The position numbers and the translations under genes were made by a program. Under the pieces are notes generated by a model. The model worked only from the letters and a program-made list of their open reading frames with translations. It searched no databases and was not told the origin of the DNA. A DNA stretch of 64,000 nt from Candidatus Poribacteria bacterium (lineage in GTDB: Bacteria; Poribacteria; WGA-4E; WGA-3G). The stretch spans positions 448,001 through 512,000 of the forward strand of contig OZ244048.1 of NCBI GenBank assembly GCA_965215265.1, written 5' to 3'. This document shows, in pieces, positions 1 through 10,642 of this stretch. How positions within the stretch are numbered: position 1 is the first letter of the stretch; each line of letters opens with the position of its first letter.

Positions 1-431
1 TTGCCCGAACCCAAAAACATATTAAAACTTTTACCGTCACCGAAAGCACCTATCCCGTACGAATTATGTTCACCACCGTTATGGCAGTTCTTATCGAACC
101 ATTGTGCATCGGTATTCCACCCCTCCTGATAGATCCAAGCAGCCATCGTAATCTCACCACTAATCTTCAATTCATCAGAAGCCGGCACATTCACGCAATC
201 CGCACCCTCAGCCGTAATATGTATCGCATCGCCATATTTACCTGCCACAAATTCGGTATTGGCGATAATATCCGCATCCAGTCCATTCCCGGAATCGTCA
301 AGAATCATTTTGCCGCTCACGTTGTCAAACGTGAAATACAGAACAAGCCCATCTTCCAGATTCGCGATAACGCCGCCTACTGTCAAAAACAGCACTATCG
401 TTAACGCCACATACATAAATAACCTTCTCAT
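1..431 (-). CDS. Secreted LamG-like (concanavalin/laminin-G) domain protein, runs off left edge
   Basis: Manual translation from ATG at 431 after GGAGG RBS: MRRLFMYVALTIVLFLTVGGVIANLEDGLVLYFTFDNVSGKMILDDSGNGLDA...GKYGDAI; signal peptide plus LVLYFxFD/D-SGNG start also seen in 8268..9041; absent from ORF track because truncated. Confidence 0.8.
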   Translation of the reverse strand, partial: MRRLFMYVALTIVLFLTVGGVIANLEDGLVLYFTFDNVSGKMILDDSGNGLDADIIANTEFVAGKYGDAIHITAEGADCVNVPASDELKISGEITMAAWIYQEGWNTDAQWFDKNCHNGGEHNSYGIGAFGDGKSFNMFLGSG

Positions 432-565
432 TTTTCCTCCTCCTGTTTGCTCTTCTGAATTATGCCCCAATTTTACGACAAATTTTCAAATAAGTCAACC
501 TACTTCTATTTCAAAAACACGCTCAGGCGGTCAGGCGGAGCCGTCCACCTACTATAAAAAAATAC

Positions 566-1393
566 TTATTCGCTAGTCAGCGCAGCATTCATCACCTCTT
601 CCCATCTGCCCTCAAATCTTTCGCCAAATTCCATCTCACCACCCGTTGCAAGAGAACCGCGCAGCATCGGTTTTGTCGCTTTGTGCCTCTCCCAAAGCTC
701 CAGACCACCGAAATCGTTATGCAAGAAATGAAGTGCAACCCCTGCACGGGCCTTATCGGAGAGGTTCGATTTCGTACAGTGAGCAACACCATAGCAGAAA
801 AACAGAACACCGCCTGCTTTCAATTCAATCGGCACAGCACGCTCCTCCGGCGGATCACACCTTATGTGATGGTCGCTCAACGCGTCTCGATAGTGTTCGT
901 AACTTTCACGATGACTCCCCGGAATAACGTGCATACACCCATTCTCAATGTTCGCATCGTGGATGGCAATCCACATCGCCGTACCACGCAACGGGTCGGC
1001 AATTTTAAAATACGCATTATCCTGATGCCAACTTGTACCAATACCTATTTTGGCAGGCTTCCAAAAGGCCTGGTCCAACTCCAACATGAATTCATCACCA
1101 ATCAATTGTTCAACAACAGCAAGCACCTTCGGATGAAACGGTAACGCCTTGTGCAATACACTCCGATTGTTAAGCGGAATAACCTGCAGGTTCTGTCTTT
1201 CACCCTCATTGTCCCTTTTCGTGCCATCTGTCTGAACAGCACAATTAATCCCGTTACCTTGCCTCAGTTCACGCTCATAAATCCGCTCCAATTCTAAGCA
1301 CAGCGCTTTCGATTCAACAGGAGTAAAGAAACCCTCAATCGCCAGATAGCCATCCTTTCGGAATTCGGCTAATTGTATATCAGTTAATTGCAT
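566..1393 (-). CDS. Phytanoyl-CoA dioxygenase (PhyH) family Fe/2OG dioxygenase
   Basis: F..DGYL N-terminus, WHQD motif, MWIAIHDA..ENGCM.VIPGSH, distal His. Confidence 0.9.
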   Translation of the reverse strand: MQLTDIQLAEFRKDGYLAIEGFFTPVESKALCLELERIYERELRQGNGINCAVQTDGTKRDNEGERQNLQVIPLNNRSVLHKALPFHPKVLAVVEQLIGDEFMLELDQAFWKPAKIGIGTSWHQDNAYFKIADPLRGTAMWIAIHDANIENGCMHVIPGSHRESYEHYRDALSDHHIRCDPPEERAVPIELKAGGVLFFCYGVAHCTKSNLSDKARAGVALHFLHNDFGGLELWERHKATKPMLRGSLATGGEMEFGERFEGRWEEVMNAALTSE

Positions 1394-1414
1394 TAGACCC
1401 TTCTCTCTTTATCT

Positions 1415-2878
1415 CTAGTTCATTTCTGCACACGGCACAATAATCGAATCTACCATACCGTGCAAAATTTTCTTATCTGCAGGACACACTGCTGCCTGTA
1501 TGCCTCCCAATGTAGCAGTATTTCCTGTTACAAAATAGTACGGTCGAAGCAACGGCCGGCAGGCCATCTCTTCTAAATCCCCGAGCTCAAAATTATAATA
1601 CTGCATCCGGACCCGTTTGGCTGTATGGAACTTCTGTAACACATAAGGCGTTTTCTCAAAATTCGCCAAACCGTTTTCTATCGCCGATGCCCACTCCTCA
1701 ACAGGAAGATCGTGCCCTATGGCAACACCCCGACTCCCCCACGCCAACGCGGAAAAGCCCGACGGTTTAATAACCAATTCACGCTGACGCTGCGTCACAT
1801 CCATCAACTCATGCCAATCCCTTACAGGACACCCCTCTAACGCTAACTCAGGAATCACAGCATGCGGCGGCAGCGGACGGGCATCTAAAACCCACGTCTG
1901 CGGAATAGACCCGCGCAGAAAAGCGTAAGTCCGCCGCCCGAGTTGACGCTGCCAAAACCGTTGCAACGACGGATGATGGAAGAGAGCCAAACACAATTTC
2001 TCTTCAAGATACGCCTTTGGCGGAGGTGTCATCACAACCGTCCGTTTCTTCGCACTATAAAGCATTAATTCCGATTTCGGAATGTTCTGCAAATCAAACA
2101 ATTCATAGAAGCGATATAATACATCAACACGTATCTCATCCGGTTCAACACGAGACGAAACCGCGCCACAAAAATCGGATTTTACAAAAATCCCATCCTC
2201 CCTAAAAATGACATCATGCGGCTTGACAGCACGCGCCCACACACCCAAATCACAAAGCGAACCCGCAAGCCACTCCATTTCTGCCCAATAATCTTGCGAT
2301 TCATCTGAAACAACAATCGCAAGCACCGGTTCATCTCTCTTCGACAAGCCACGAATCATGTCTGCATACCCACGCACCATCCCATCTCTACCACCGATAA
2401 CAGAATAGCCCAGCTCCCCATACAACTTTGACAGACAACCCGTCGCTCCAATAAAACCCGGAACTGAATCCAACTCTGTTATCACCATACCCTCTACACC
2501 ATCTGCCGTCGGAAGAATATCCGGGCGAAGCACACCCGGCAACTGACTCTTAAACCGGTTCATCCGTCCATATTGAATCAATGACTCAGGTTTGCCTATA
2601 TCTAAATACTCCGCTACCCAATCCGGCTGAATCCCCCGTACACTTTGCGAATAGAGCAAGTTACACGCACGATAAAAATTTAAGAGATGCCCACCTAACT
2701 CTTCAAACCACCTTAACTCTGCTTGGGAAATCCAGAACGGCTCTGGCGAGATGCGCCACGTAGCATTGCAATCCGGATGCACAGCCCGTTTCTCGCCTGA
2801 GAACAACTTCGCCCTCGGAATTTCACCATTAATAAATAGACATTTTTGTTTAGCATCCAAACGGAAACTCCTCGTCAA
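1415..2878 (-). CDS. Conserved hypothetical protein, ATP-grasp/glutathionylspermidine-synthase-like fold
   Basis: LRPD, ITELDSVPG, YRFYELFD, VIKPSGFS..AWGSRGV, VLQKF motifs resemble ATP-grasp amide ligases. Confidence 0.55.
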   Translation of the reverse strand: MTRSFRLDAKQKCLFINGEIPRAKLFSGEKRAVHPDCNATWRISPEPFWISQAELRWFEELGGHLLNFYRACNLLYSQSVRGIQPDWVAEYLDIGKPESLIQYGRMNRFKSQLPGVLRPDILPTADGVEGMVITELDSVPGFIGATGCLSKLYGELGYSVIGGRDGMVRGYADMIRGLSKRDEPVLAIVVSDESQDYWAEMEWLAGSLCDLGVWARAVKPHDVIFREDGIFVKSDFCGAVSSRVEPDEIRVDVLYRFYELFDLQNIPKSELMLYSAKKRTVVMTPPPKAYLEEKLCLALFHHPSLQRFWQRQLGRRTYAFLRGSIPQTWVLDARPLPPHAVIPELALEGCPVRDWHELMDVTQRQRELVIKPSGFSALAWGSRGVAIGHDLPVEEWASAIENGLANFEKTPYVLQKFHTAKRVRMQYYNFELGDLEEMACRPLLRPYYFVTGNTATLGGIQAAVCPADKKILHGMVDSIIVPCAEMN

Positions 2879-2898
2879 TTATGCAATCAGCGCAGATT

Positions 2899-4482
2899 CT
2901 ACAGAAAAATCTGCTTCACAAAATCAATCTGCTTTTGCGACGCGAGCGCTTGCAAAGCACTCCGCGGCACAGGACTATCCACATTTATCAACGTCACAGC
3001 CAATTCACCCATCCGCGAACGCCCCACAGTCATATCCGAGATGTTGATGCCGTGATCACCCAAAATTGTACCGATTAAGCCGATCATCCCCGGCTGATCG
3101 CGATTATAAATCAGAATCATATCACTATCCGGCTTCGCATTCATGTGAATTTGGTTAATCCGAACAATCCGAATATCCTGCCGCCCAAAAACGCTACCTT
3201 CAATCACTGCCTCACCTTTATCTGTCATAATCGTGATAGCGATAGAGTTCGCGAAATCCGATTCCGAATCACTCCGAGTCTCCTTAACAGGAATACCGCG
3301 CTGCTTCATCAGGAAGGGCGCGTTCACATAGTTTACGTTGCTTAACACAGCCATGAGCAGCCCTTTTTGCAAAGCAACAGTTATCGGCATCACATCTTCC
3401 TTCCGAAACAGAGCACCACTGTAATCAATCTGAATCGCGGAGATTTGGCCCTCTACAATTTGTGCGTGGAAACTCCCAATTTTTTCAGCCAATGTCAGAT
3501 AGGGACCTAAAATATCAAACGTTCTTGAGTCAATTTGCGGTTGATTAACCGCATGAGCAACCGGTTGCCCCCGGAGCGCGTTAATCGCTTGTTGTGCTAC
3601 CTCTATTGAAACGTGGTCCTGTGCCTCTGTTGTTGAAGCTCCCAAATGCGGACTAACTAAGACGTTATCCAAACTCAGCAACGGAGAAGCAGTTGCCGGC
3701 TCATTCTCAAACACATCCAGCGCAGCACCCGCCAATTCCCCTTTTCTCAGCGCATCGTACAGCGCATCTTCGTCAATAATACCACCACGCGCACAGTTAA
3801 TCAAACGACACGTCGACTTCATCAGATTAAACTCTGAGACACCTATGCTATGATACGTCTCAGCATTCAGATGTGTATGAATGGAAATATAATCCGACTC
3901 CTCAAACAACGTCTCACGGCCCACAAGCTGGACACCCATTTTCTCTGCAGCCCCTATCGAAATATACGGGTCATGCGCGATAACCTTCATCCCAAACGCT
4001 TGAACACGTTTCGTGACTTCGCAGCCGATACGCCCTAAACCCACACTCCCCAAAACCTTCCCGTATAATTCAACACCCATGAACTCATCCCGTTTCCATC
4101 TCTTATTTTTCAGAGAGATACCCGCCGGAACAAGGTTACGGGCCAACCCTAATAACAGCGCAATCGTATGCTCCGCCGCTGCAATCGTATTACCCAGCGG
4201 CGTATTAACGACCAGGATGCCCTGCCGCGTCGCAGCAGCTACATCAATGTTATCTACCCCAACGCCAGCACGCCCTATCACCTTCAAACGGGACGCCGCA
4301 TCGATAACCTCTGCTGTCACCTTCGTCGCACTCCGAATCAGCAACGCGTCATATTCACAAATACATGCAAGCAAGTCCTCGCGCGACAAGTCTAGCGCGA
4401 CATCTACCTCAAATTCACCGCTCTCATGTAAAACGTCCAATCCGCGCTGTGACAGCAAATCGCTGACCAGCACCTTGTTCAT
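2899..4482 (-). CDS. serA: D-3-phosphoglycerate dehydrogenase (with ASB and ACT domains)
   Basis: RSATKVT, GRAGVGVDNID, GLGRIG, NCARGG, LDVFE.EP, PHLGAST.EAQ; C-terminal ACT (DQPGMIG). Confidence 0.96.
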   Translation of the reverse strand: MNKVLVSDLLSQRGLDVLHESGEFEVDVALDLSREDLLACICEYDALLIRSATKVTAEVIDAASRLKVIGRAGVGVDNIDVAAATRQGILVVNTPLGNTIAAAEHTIALLLGLARNLVPAGISLKNKRWKRDEFMGVELYGKVLGSVGLGRIGCEVTKRVQAFGMKVIAHDPYISIGAAEKMGVQLVGRETLFEESDYISIHTHLNAETYHSIGVSEFNLMKSTCRLINCARGGIIDEDALYDALRKGELAGAALDVFENEPATASPLLSLDNVLVSPHLGASTTEAQDHVSIEVAQQAINALRGQPVAHAVNQPQIDSRTFDILGPYLTLAEKIGSFHAQIVEGQISAIQIDYSGALFRKEDVMPITVALQKGLLMAVLSNVNYVNAPFLMKQRGIPVKETRSDSESDFANSIAITIMTDKGEAVIEGSVFGRQDIRIVRINQIHMNAKPDSDMILIYNRDQPGMIGLIGTILGDHGINISDMTVGRSRMGELAVTLINVDSPVPRSALQALASQKQIDFVKQIFL

Positions 4483-4554
4483 AGCACAACATTACCTTCC
4501 TTTAAAGCATTTTATCAGCAGGATATTTGTAGAACAACTTACACAACACTTTAA

Positions 4555-4584
4555 ATTATAGCATACACACTCCACCAGAGTCAA
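4555..4584 (-). promoter_or_regulatory. Sigma70-like promoter for serA operon
   Basis: Minus strand TTGACT-18bp-TATAAT with TG extension. Confidence 0.65.
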
Positions 4585-4621
4585 CAACATTTTAAAACAA
4601 TTAAACTTACAAATATTTAAA

Positions 4622-4653
4622 TTGACTATTTTTCTTATACATGATACTATAAT
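4622..4653 (+). promoter_or_regulatory. Sigma70-like promoter for tatA operon
   Basis: TTGACT-17bp-TACTAT (overlapping TATAAT), divergent from serA promoter. Confidence 0.6.
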
Positions 4654-4712
4654 GTACAATATCACCGTGCAGCACACTATTGCACGAAATACCTTATTAC
4701 GGAGGAAAAAAC

Positions 4713-4907
4713 ATGGGAGTCCCTGGTCCCTGGGAATTATTGATTTTGTTAGGCATTATCCTACTTATCTTCGGCGGTAAACGACTGCCTGAACTCGCAC
4801 GCGGACTCGGCAAAAGTATCACCAACTTTAAGGCAGGCCTCAACGACGAAGAAACCATCGATGAGACAACAACCGAACCACCAAAAACTGAGAACCAGAA
4901 AAAATGA
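4713..4907 (+). CDS. tatA: Twin-arginine translocase TatA/E subunit
   Basis: GPWELLILLGIILLIFGGKRLPELARGLGKSITNFK; ATG at 4713 after GGAGG. Confidence 0.93.
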   Translation: MGVPGPWELLILLGIILLIFGGKRLPELARGLGKSITNFKAGLNDEETIDETTTEPPKTENQKK

Positions 4908-5227
4908 AAGACAAATTACCCGATTTCCTTCTGAACGTCATTGACGAATACCCAGAAGTTTGGAACGCATATCAGACGCTAGGAGAAACCTGCAGCAATG
5001 CAGGACCTCTTGACACCAAAACGACAAGACTTGTTAAACTCGGCATTGCTATCGGAACCAAATCTGAAGGCGCAGTCCACTCACACACCCGCAGAGCACT
5101 ACGAGAAGGAATCGCACCCGAGGAATTGCAGCAAGTCGCACTCCTAGCAGTGACATCCATCGGCTGGTCCGCCAGCATGGCCGCACTCTCATGGATACAA
5201 GATGTCATTCATCAACAAGACGCTTGA
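4904..5227 (+). CDS. Carboxymuconolactone decarboxylase (CMD/AhpD-like) family protein
   Basis: GPLD.KT.RLVKLGIAIG...EGAVHSH.RRAL..G...EEL. Confidence 0.85.
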   Translation: MKDKLPDFLLNVIDEYPEVWNAYQTLGETCSNAGPLDTKTTRLVKLGIAIGTKSEGAVHSHTRRALREGIAPEELQQVALLAVTSIGWSASMAALSWIQDVIHQQDA

Positions 5228-5249
5228 ACCCACAGAACGGAGTTCCATC

Positions 5250-6470
5250 ATGAAAACGCATCTGGTAGCATCCTTAATATTCGCCGGCACCTGCTGGCTT
5301 ATCCCATCGAGCACGGTAAGCCAAAACGAACCACAATTAAAACAAGGCATCGCCTACGTCAAATTACGACTTTATCCACAGGCAATTGAAGCCTTCAAAT
5401 CGATTTTAGCACAACAACCTACCCAGGCCGATGCACTTTTCCAACTCGGCAATGTCTATATATTGCACAACCAATTGGAATTAGCAATTCAGACGTTTGA
5501 CAAAATCCTGACGTTTGACAAAACTGAGACACAACCTAACCTCTCGCCTATCGGAAAAGGTTTAGCCCACCTCGCACTAGCAGAAACTTATTGCAAAATC
5601 GGTGAATTGGAGACAGCAGCACAGCACACAAAGGCAGCTATTCACTACCATCCAACACATCCTGATAGCTACTACCGCCTCGGCTATATCTATACACATC
5701 AAGCACTGTTTGACGCAGCCATCACCCAATTCAAACAGGCACTCGCACTCAAACCCGATTTTCCTGAAGCTTACGAATGGCTCGGATTAATCGCACTCAT
5801 GCAAGATAAACCCCAGCAAGCAGTGCAATATTACCAGAACGCCATTCGCAAAAATCCTTACGTTCAGAGCACCTACTATAATCTCGCCAAAGCATATCGC
5901 CTACTCGGAGATATGAACGCCGCAGCCCAACAACTTAAGCAGTTTGAACTTATGAAAACCTATTATGACAAAAGTTATGCTATTGAACTCGCACTCGACC
6001 GGCAACCAATGAATACCGCCCTACGCATGAAATTGGCAGAAATTCATTTAGCATATAAAAATACAGACGCCGCAATTCACACATACCAAACCTTGCAACA
6101 GCTAAACCCTGAATTTGTAGAAGGATATGACAAACTGGCCAGACTCTACATGAATCTCAACAAACCACAACAGGCAATTCCACTCTTCCAAAAGGTACTG
6201 GAATTAAACCCGTACGCACTTGAAGCACACGTCCGATTAGGATGGCTCTACACTTTCCTCCGAAAATTTGAAAAAGCCGAAAACCATCTCAAAACCGCTA
6301 TAGATAAGAGACCACAACTCACATTAGCATACCACGGACTAGCCGAAATTTATCTCGCACAGCAGAAAAACGAAAAAGCGATACAAGTCTACCGCCAGAT
6401 CATCCAAATCAATCCAGAAGACAAAGACGCTTCCAAAGCATTGCAACAGTTGCATAATAAAAAACCGTGA
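5250..6470 (+). CDS. Secreted tetratricopeptide repeat protein
   Basis: Signal peptide and many TPR repeats (ALFQLGNVY, SYYRLGYIY, AYHGLAEIY); start set at MKTHL. Confidence 0.88.
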   Translation: MKTHLVASLIFAGTCWLIPSSTVSQNEPQLKQGIAYVKLRLYPQAIEAFKSILAQQPTQADALFQLGNVYILHNQLELAIQTFDKILTFDKTETQPNLSPIGKGLAHLALAETYCKIGELETAAQHTKAAIHYHPTHPDSYYRLGYIYTHQALFDAAITQFKQALALKPDFPEAYEWLGLIALMQDKPQQAVQYYQNAIRKNPYVQSTYYNLAKAYRLLGDMNAAAQQLKQFELMKTYYDKSYAIELALDRQPMNTALRMKLAEIHLAYKNTDAAIHTYQTLQQLNPEFVEGYDKLARLYMNLNKPQQAIPLFQKVLELNPYALEAHVRLGWLYTFLRKFEKAENHLKTAIDKRPQLTLAYHGLAEIYLAQQKNEKAIQVYRQIIQINPEDKDASKALQQLHNKKP

Positions 6471-6479
6471 TGTGATCTG

Positions 6480-8216
6480 ATGTACAAATACGCCTATATA
6501 CTTTTCACACTTACCATCTTAAACACCAATAGTCCTCTTATAGCGGACACAATTACACCGCTAACCCCTGTTTTCCTTGATGTCACTGCCGCTGCTGGCG
6601 TGACGTTTAAGCACACCGACGGCAGCAGCACACAAACTCAATTCAAACGCAGACTCTTCAATGAATTTCTCGGCTCCGGCGGCGGGTTCTTTGATTATGA
6701 TAACGACGGAGACCTTGACATCTATCTCGTCAATGGCGCAATTCAAATCGATCAAACTCAACTTCACAATAAATCTCAACACTCACAAATAACAAACGTC
6801 CTCTACCAGAATAACGGCGATGGAACCTTCACCGATGTTACAAAAATAGCAGGCGTCGGAAGCACAGCCTACGGCACCGGATGTACCGTCGGCGATTACG
6901 ATAACGATGGCGACTTGGATCTTTACGTGACTAACTTCGGCACTGATCAACTTTACAAAAATAACGGAAACGGAACCTTTACAGATGTAACAATACACGC
7001 ACAAGTTGCCAACACCGGCTGGGGAACTAGCTGCGCCTTCAGCGATATCGATCGAGACGGGTTCCTCGACCTCTACATCGCGAATTATGCAATATACCAA
7101 CCGCAAGACGATAAACGATGTGACGAACATGGAATCCATGTCTACTGCGGACCGCATGCATACCCCGCCGCACCCGACACACTCTATCACAACAACGCTG
7201 ATGGCTCTTTTACCGACGACTCCACACAACGCATGCCGCCCGAGCTCATACCTATGCACGGATTAGGCGTAACATTTGGAGACTACGACGCCGACGGAGA
7301 CGTTGATATCTACGTCGCTAATGACCAAGACCCAAATTTTCTATTTCAAAACCGCGGCGACGGATTTTTTAAAGAGGTTGCACTAATTACCGGAGTATGT
7401 TATAATGACATGGGAAAAGAAGAAGCCGGAATGGGAACCGATTTCGGAGACTACGACAACGACGGATTGCTAGATCTTACCGTCAGCAATTACCAAACCG
7501 AAACCAATACCGTCTATCATAATCATGACGGCACCTTCTTTACCGACAACACCATACCCACAGGTATCGCACAAGTTACCCACGCATACCTCGGATGGGG
7601 CATCCGGTTCCTTGATTATGACAACGACGGCCATCAGGACATCTTTGTCGCTAATGGGCATTTGATGGATAACATTCAATTGCTTGAAAAACACGTAAAC
7701 TACCCACAGAGAAATCTGCTATTCCGAAACCTCGGCAACGGCACTTTTGCTAACGTCACCCCAATAGAACACGCTACTCCCTCCAAACGAGACGGACTAG
7801 CACTAAAAAAAGTCAGCCGCGGAGCAGCCATCGGCGATTATGACAACGACGGAGATCTCGATATACTCGTCACAAATTGCAATCAACGCCCAGATCTACT
7901 TCAAAACCAGATCGGCAACCAGAACAATTGGATACAAATTCAACTCATCGGAAAAAACAGCAATCGAAGTGGAATTGGTGCCAGAATTAAAGTCGTGACA
8001 GAAACACATACACAGTACCAGCACGTACAGAGCAGCGGTAGCTACCTCTCCTTCCACGACCTACGTGCACATTTCGGCATTGGAAAAGCTCAACAAATTA
8101 AACAACTCGAAATTCAATGGCCCAGCGGCCATATCGACCACGCACAACGACTCCCTATCAATCAGATTCTTTTGGCAGTTGAAACGGAAGCAATCGCTCC
8201 CGTAAAACCACAATAG
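6480..8216 (+). CDS. CRTAC1 family protein (FG-GAP repeats + ASPIC/UnbV)
   Basis: Repeated DYDNDGDLD motifs, C-terminal GIGARI...HFGIG...IQWPSG. Confidence 0.92.
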   Translation: MYKYAYILFTLTILNTNSPLIADTITPLTPVFLDVTAAAGVTFKHTDGSSTQTQFKRRLFNEFLGSGGGFFDYDNDGDLDIYLVNGAIQIDQTQLHNKSQHSQITNVLYQNNGDGTFTDVTKIAGVGSTAYGTGCTVGDYDNDGDLDLYVTNFGTDQLYKNNGNGTFTDVTIHAQVANTGWGTSCAFSDIDRDGFLDLYIANYAIYQPQDDKRCDEHGIHVYCGPHAYPAAPDTLYHNNADGSFTDDSTQRMPPELIPMHGLGVTFGDYDADGDVDIYVANDQDPNFLFQNRGDGFFKEVALITGVCYNDMGKEEAGMGTDFGDYDNDGLLDLTVSNYQTETNTVYHNHDGTFFTDNTIPTGIAQVTHAYLGWGIRFLDYDNDGHQDIFVANGHLMDNIQLLEKHVNYPQRNLLFRNLGNGTFANVTPIEHATPSKRDGLALKKVSRGAAIGDYDNDGDLDILVTNCNQRPDLLQNQIGNQNNWIQIQLIGKNSNRSGIGARIKVVTETHTQYQHVQSSGSYLSFHDLRAHFGIGKAQQIKQLEIQWPSGHIDHAQRLPINQILLAVETEAIAPVKPQ

Positions 8217-8267
8217 GTAAGACACATGTCTTACCAAATTCACGTAAGAAGATAACATGGAGGTATA

Positions 8268-9041
8268 ATGAAAACCCTATCTATTACGCTACTAACTTTT
8301 GTGTGTCTTGTTTCCTTCACATACGCACAAAATGAACCAGATGACTCTCTCATTCTCTATTTCTCATTTGACGAGCTCGATGGCAAAAATACCATAGACC
8401 ACTCAAATTACGAGAACCATGGGGAAATCGTCGGAGCTCCAAAACTGGTTAGGGGAAAATTCGGAACGGCATTGCAATTCAACGGCACAAGCGACTGGAT
8501 CGAGGTCCCGCACGACGAAATCCTCACCGTCGATGAAAGTGTCACCGTGATGGCATGGATTAATACCGAACGCCATCAGGGACCCGGCGGGCAGCGGTGG
8601 CAAGGAATCGTTGCTAAAGGTAACAACCCACGCTCCTATAGTTTTTACACCGAATCTCCGAGTGAATGTTTGCACCTCAGTGTCGGAGGAGGCGGTAGTG
8701 TCTGCAACGGAAAAGTTAAACTTGAGGAATGGCAACATGTCGTCGCCCAAGTCGATGATGGCACACACCGCTATTGGCTAAACGGAGAAAACGTCGGCGA
8801 ATTCGACGGGAAACCACCCCCACCCGGTAAAGCCGATACCGCCTCCGTCTTCATCGGAAAAACACATGAAGGAAGCCGAGAATTCCTCGGACTTATTGAT
8901 GAAGTCCGTATCTGGAACCGCGCACTTGATGAAGACGAAGTCATTCAGCAAATGGAATGGGGATATCTTGAGATTTCCGCCGTCGATCCGCGACAGAAAT
9001 TGGCAACCACCTGGGGAAACCTCAAAACTTCTAAACGGTAA
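8268..9041 (+). CDS. Secreted LamG domain protein with KLATTW C-terminal tail
   Basis: LILYFSFDE, GKFGTALQFNG, WQHVV, F.GLIDEVRIWNRAL, tail VDPRQKLATTWGNLK. Confidence 0.9.
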   Translation: MKTLSITLLTFVCLVSFTYAQNEPDDSLILYFSFDELDGKNTIDHSNYENHGEIVGAPKLVRGKFGTALQFNGTSDWIEVPHDEILTVDESVTVMAWINTERHQGPGGQRWQGIVAKGNNPRSYSFYTESPSECLHLSVGGGGSVCNGKVKLEEWQHVVAQVDDGTHRYWLNGENVGEFDGKPPPPGKADTASVFIGKTHEGSREFLGLIDEVRIWNRALDEDEVIQQMEWGYLEISAVDPRQKLATTWGNLKTSKR

Positions 9042-9244
9042 ACTTAGCGTGCATCACGCTCTCTCGCAATTTAACGCAAATCCTTCTAAGCTAGGCGTGC
9101 ATATCAAAACCGCGCCTAGCCATAAAACTTATGCACCCAGAACGCATCTACAAACTACACACCGTCAAAACGAAATTCGCAACGTGATCGAATTAACATG
9201 AGGCCGCAGGAAACGCCCTCAAAAAAAGGAGAAACCCATACATA

Positions 9245-9646
9245 ATGAACGGAAAATTTATCGCCTCCGCAAATGTTGAACGTGACAACCTCGATTGGGG
9301 AACAATCGGATGGCTCAGCCGCCCCGAATCCACCGACGCTAAAGACATCGTCGCAATGGAAGTCACCCTCTCCCCAGGATATGGACACGACTTTCATAAG
9401 CACCCAGAACAAGAAGAAGTTATCTACGTCATTGAAGGCAGTGTCGAACAGTGGTTACAGGACAAGAAGCAGACGCTAAAAGCAGGAGACTCTGTTTTCA
9501 TACCCGCAGATATTGTACACGCCTCCTTTAACGTCTCAAATCAACCAGCAAAACTCTTTGTCACCCTCAGCCCATGTAAGGGTGCTGAGGGGTACCAACT
9601 CATCGATGTCTTTGACCAGCCACCGTGGAATACACTCCGCGATTAA
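9245..9646 (+). CDS. Cupin domain protein
   Basis: H.FH.HP.QEEVIYVIEG and GDSVFIPA..VH cupin motifs. Confidence 0.88.
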   Translation: MNGKFIASANVERDNLDWGTIGWLSRPESTDAKDIVAMEVTLSPGYGHDFHKHPEQEEVIYVIEGSVEQWLQDKKQTLKAGDSVFIPADIVHASFNVSNQPAKLFVTLSPCKGAEGYQLIDVFDQPPWNTLRD

Positions 9647-9694
9647 GAAGACCTTTGCTAATTCTTTCTACTGTCAAACTGTCAAACTGTCAAT

Positions 9695-10642
9695 ATGGAA
9701 ACACCTTTGACAAAAACCTCATCACCACAAGAGCAGGCACCTGCACAAAACGCGACGACACCTTCTCTTCGCCAGCGGATGCGCCAATTTTACGAAACAT
9801 CGCAAGCCTACAAAGCGCTCCTTGACGCACACGACGAGGTATACCACCAACACTACGTTGAATTGGTAACAAAGGCACTACCGCCTTTGGACGCAAAAAA
9901 CGCCAAACGTCAAAACGCCTCACTCACTCAGGATGCCACCGACTCTATAGAAAAGCAACCGCAACCAGCACGCAAAATACTTGACCTCGGTTGTGGAAAC
10001 GGTATCTCTGCACGCCTAATTCATCAAGCAGGCCACGACGTTACCGGCACCGACATTTCGCCACTCTTCTTAGAAGATGCACGCAAATGGGAGAACCCGC
10101 ACCTACGTTATCAGGTATGCGATGCCCACCAACTACCCTTTGAAGCAGAAACCTTTGATGTCGTCTGCTCAAACGAACTCATTGAACACCTCCCAGATGT
10201 TGAAACGGCACTCGCTCAAATGATCCGCGTCGTCAGAAAAGGAGGACGGATTGTACTCTCCGGACCCAATCTCTCCTCACCCTTAACGCCCCTCCTCGAT
10301 TGTCTCAGACTCCTCGTTCGAAAACAAGGCAGACGTGTATGGGCAGAAACCAAAACGCAAGCACTACAACAGTTAGCCAAAAACTCGCACCTCTATTTCA
10401 AAAAACAATTTTCAAAACAACCACCTCAATTTATCTACCGAAACCCTGATTTACAGACTGATGCCATGGGCGGGGACGCAGATAGCGCATATTACACAAG
10501 TCCTATAGACCTCGTGCAATTTTTCCGACTGAACGGATGCACCATCGTCAAAAAGTGCGTCGGATTCGGTCTCAAAGGCAGCATCATCGCAAAAACAGTA
10601 CCATACCTCAGCCCTTACATCAGCATGGTTGTAGAAAAATGA
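9695..10642 (+). CDS. Class I SAM-dependent methyltransferase
   Basis: ILDLGCGNG, GTDIS, LPF..ETFDVV..ELIEHL. Confidence 0.88.
   Translation: METPLTKTSSPQEQAPAQNATTPSLRQRMRQFYETSQAYKALLDAHDEVYHQHYVELVTKALPPLDAKNAKRQNASLTQDATDSIEKQPQPARKILDLGCGNGISARLIHQAGHDVTGTDISPLFLEDARKWENPHLRYQVCDAHQLPFEAETFDVVCSNELIEHLPDVETALAQMIRVVRKGGRIVLSGPNLSSPLTPLLDCLRLLVRKQGRRVWAETKTQALQQLAKNSHLYFKKQFSKQPPQFIYRNPDLQTDAMGGDADSAYYTSPIDLVQFFRLNGCTIVKKCVGFGLKGSIIAKTVPYLSPYISMVVEK

Noticed and set aside
66-1144. Plus-strand ORFs here and the many other short antisense or overlapping ORFs in the track
   Set aside because: Shadows of well-supported genes, with no RBS or motifs
9670-9693. ACTGTCAA x3 (also TTCACAA x3 at about 17767-17787)
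   Set aside because: Short microsatellites in spacers with no supportable function
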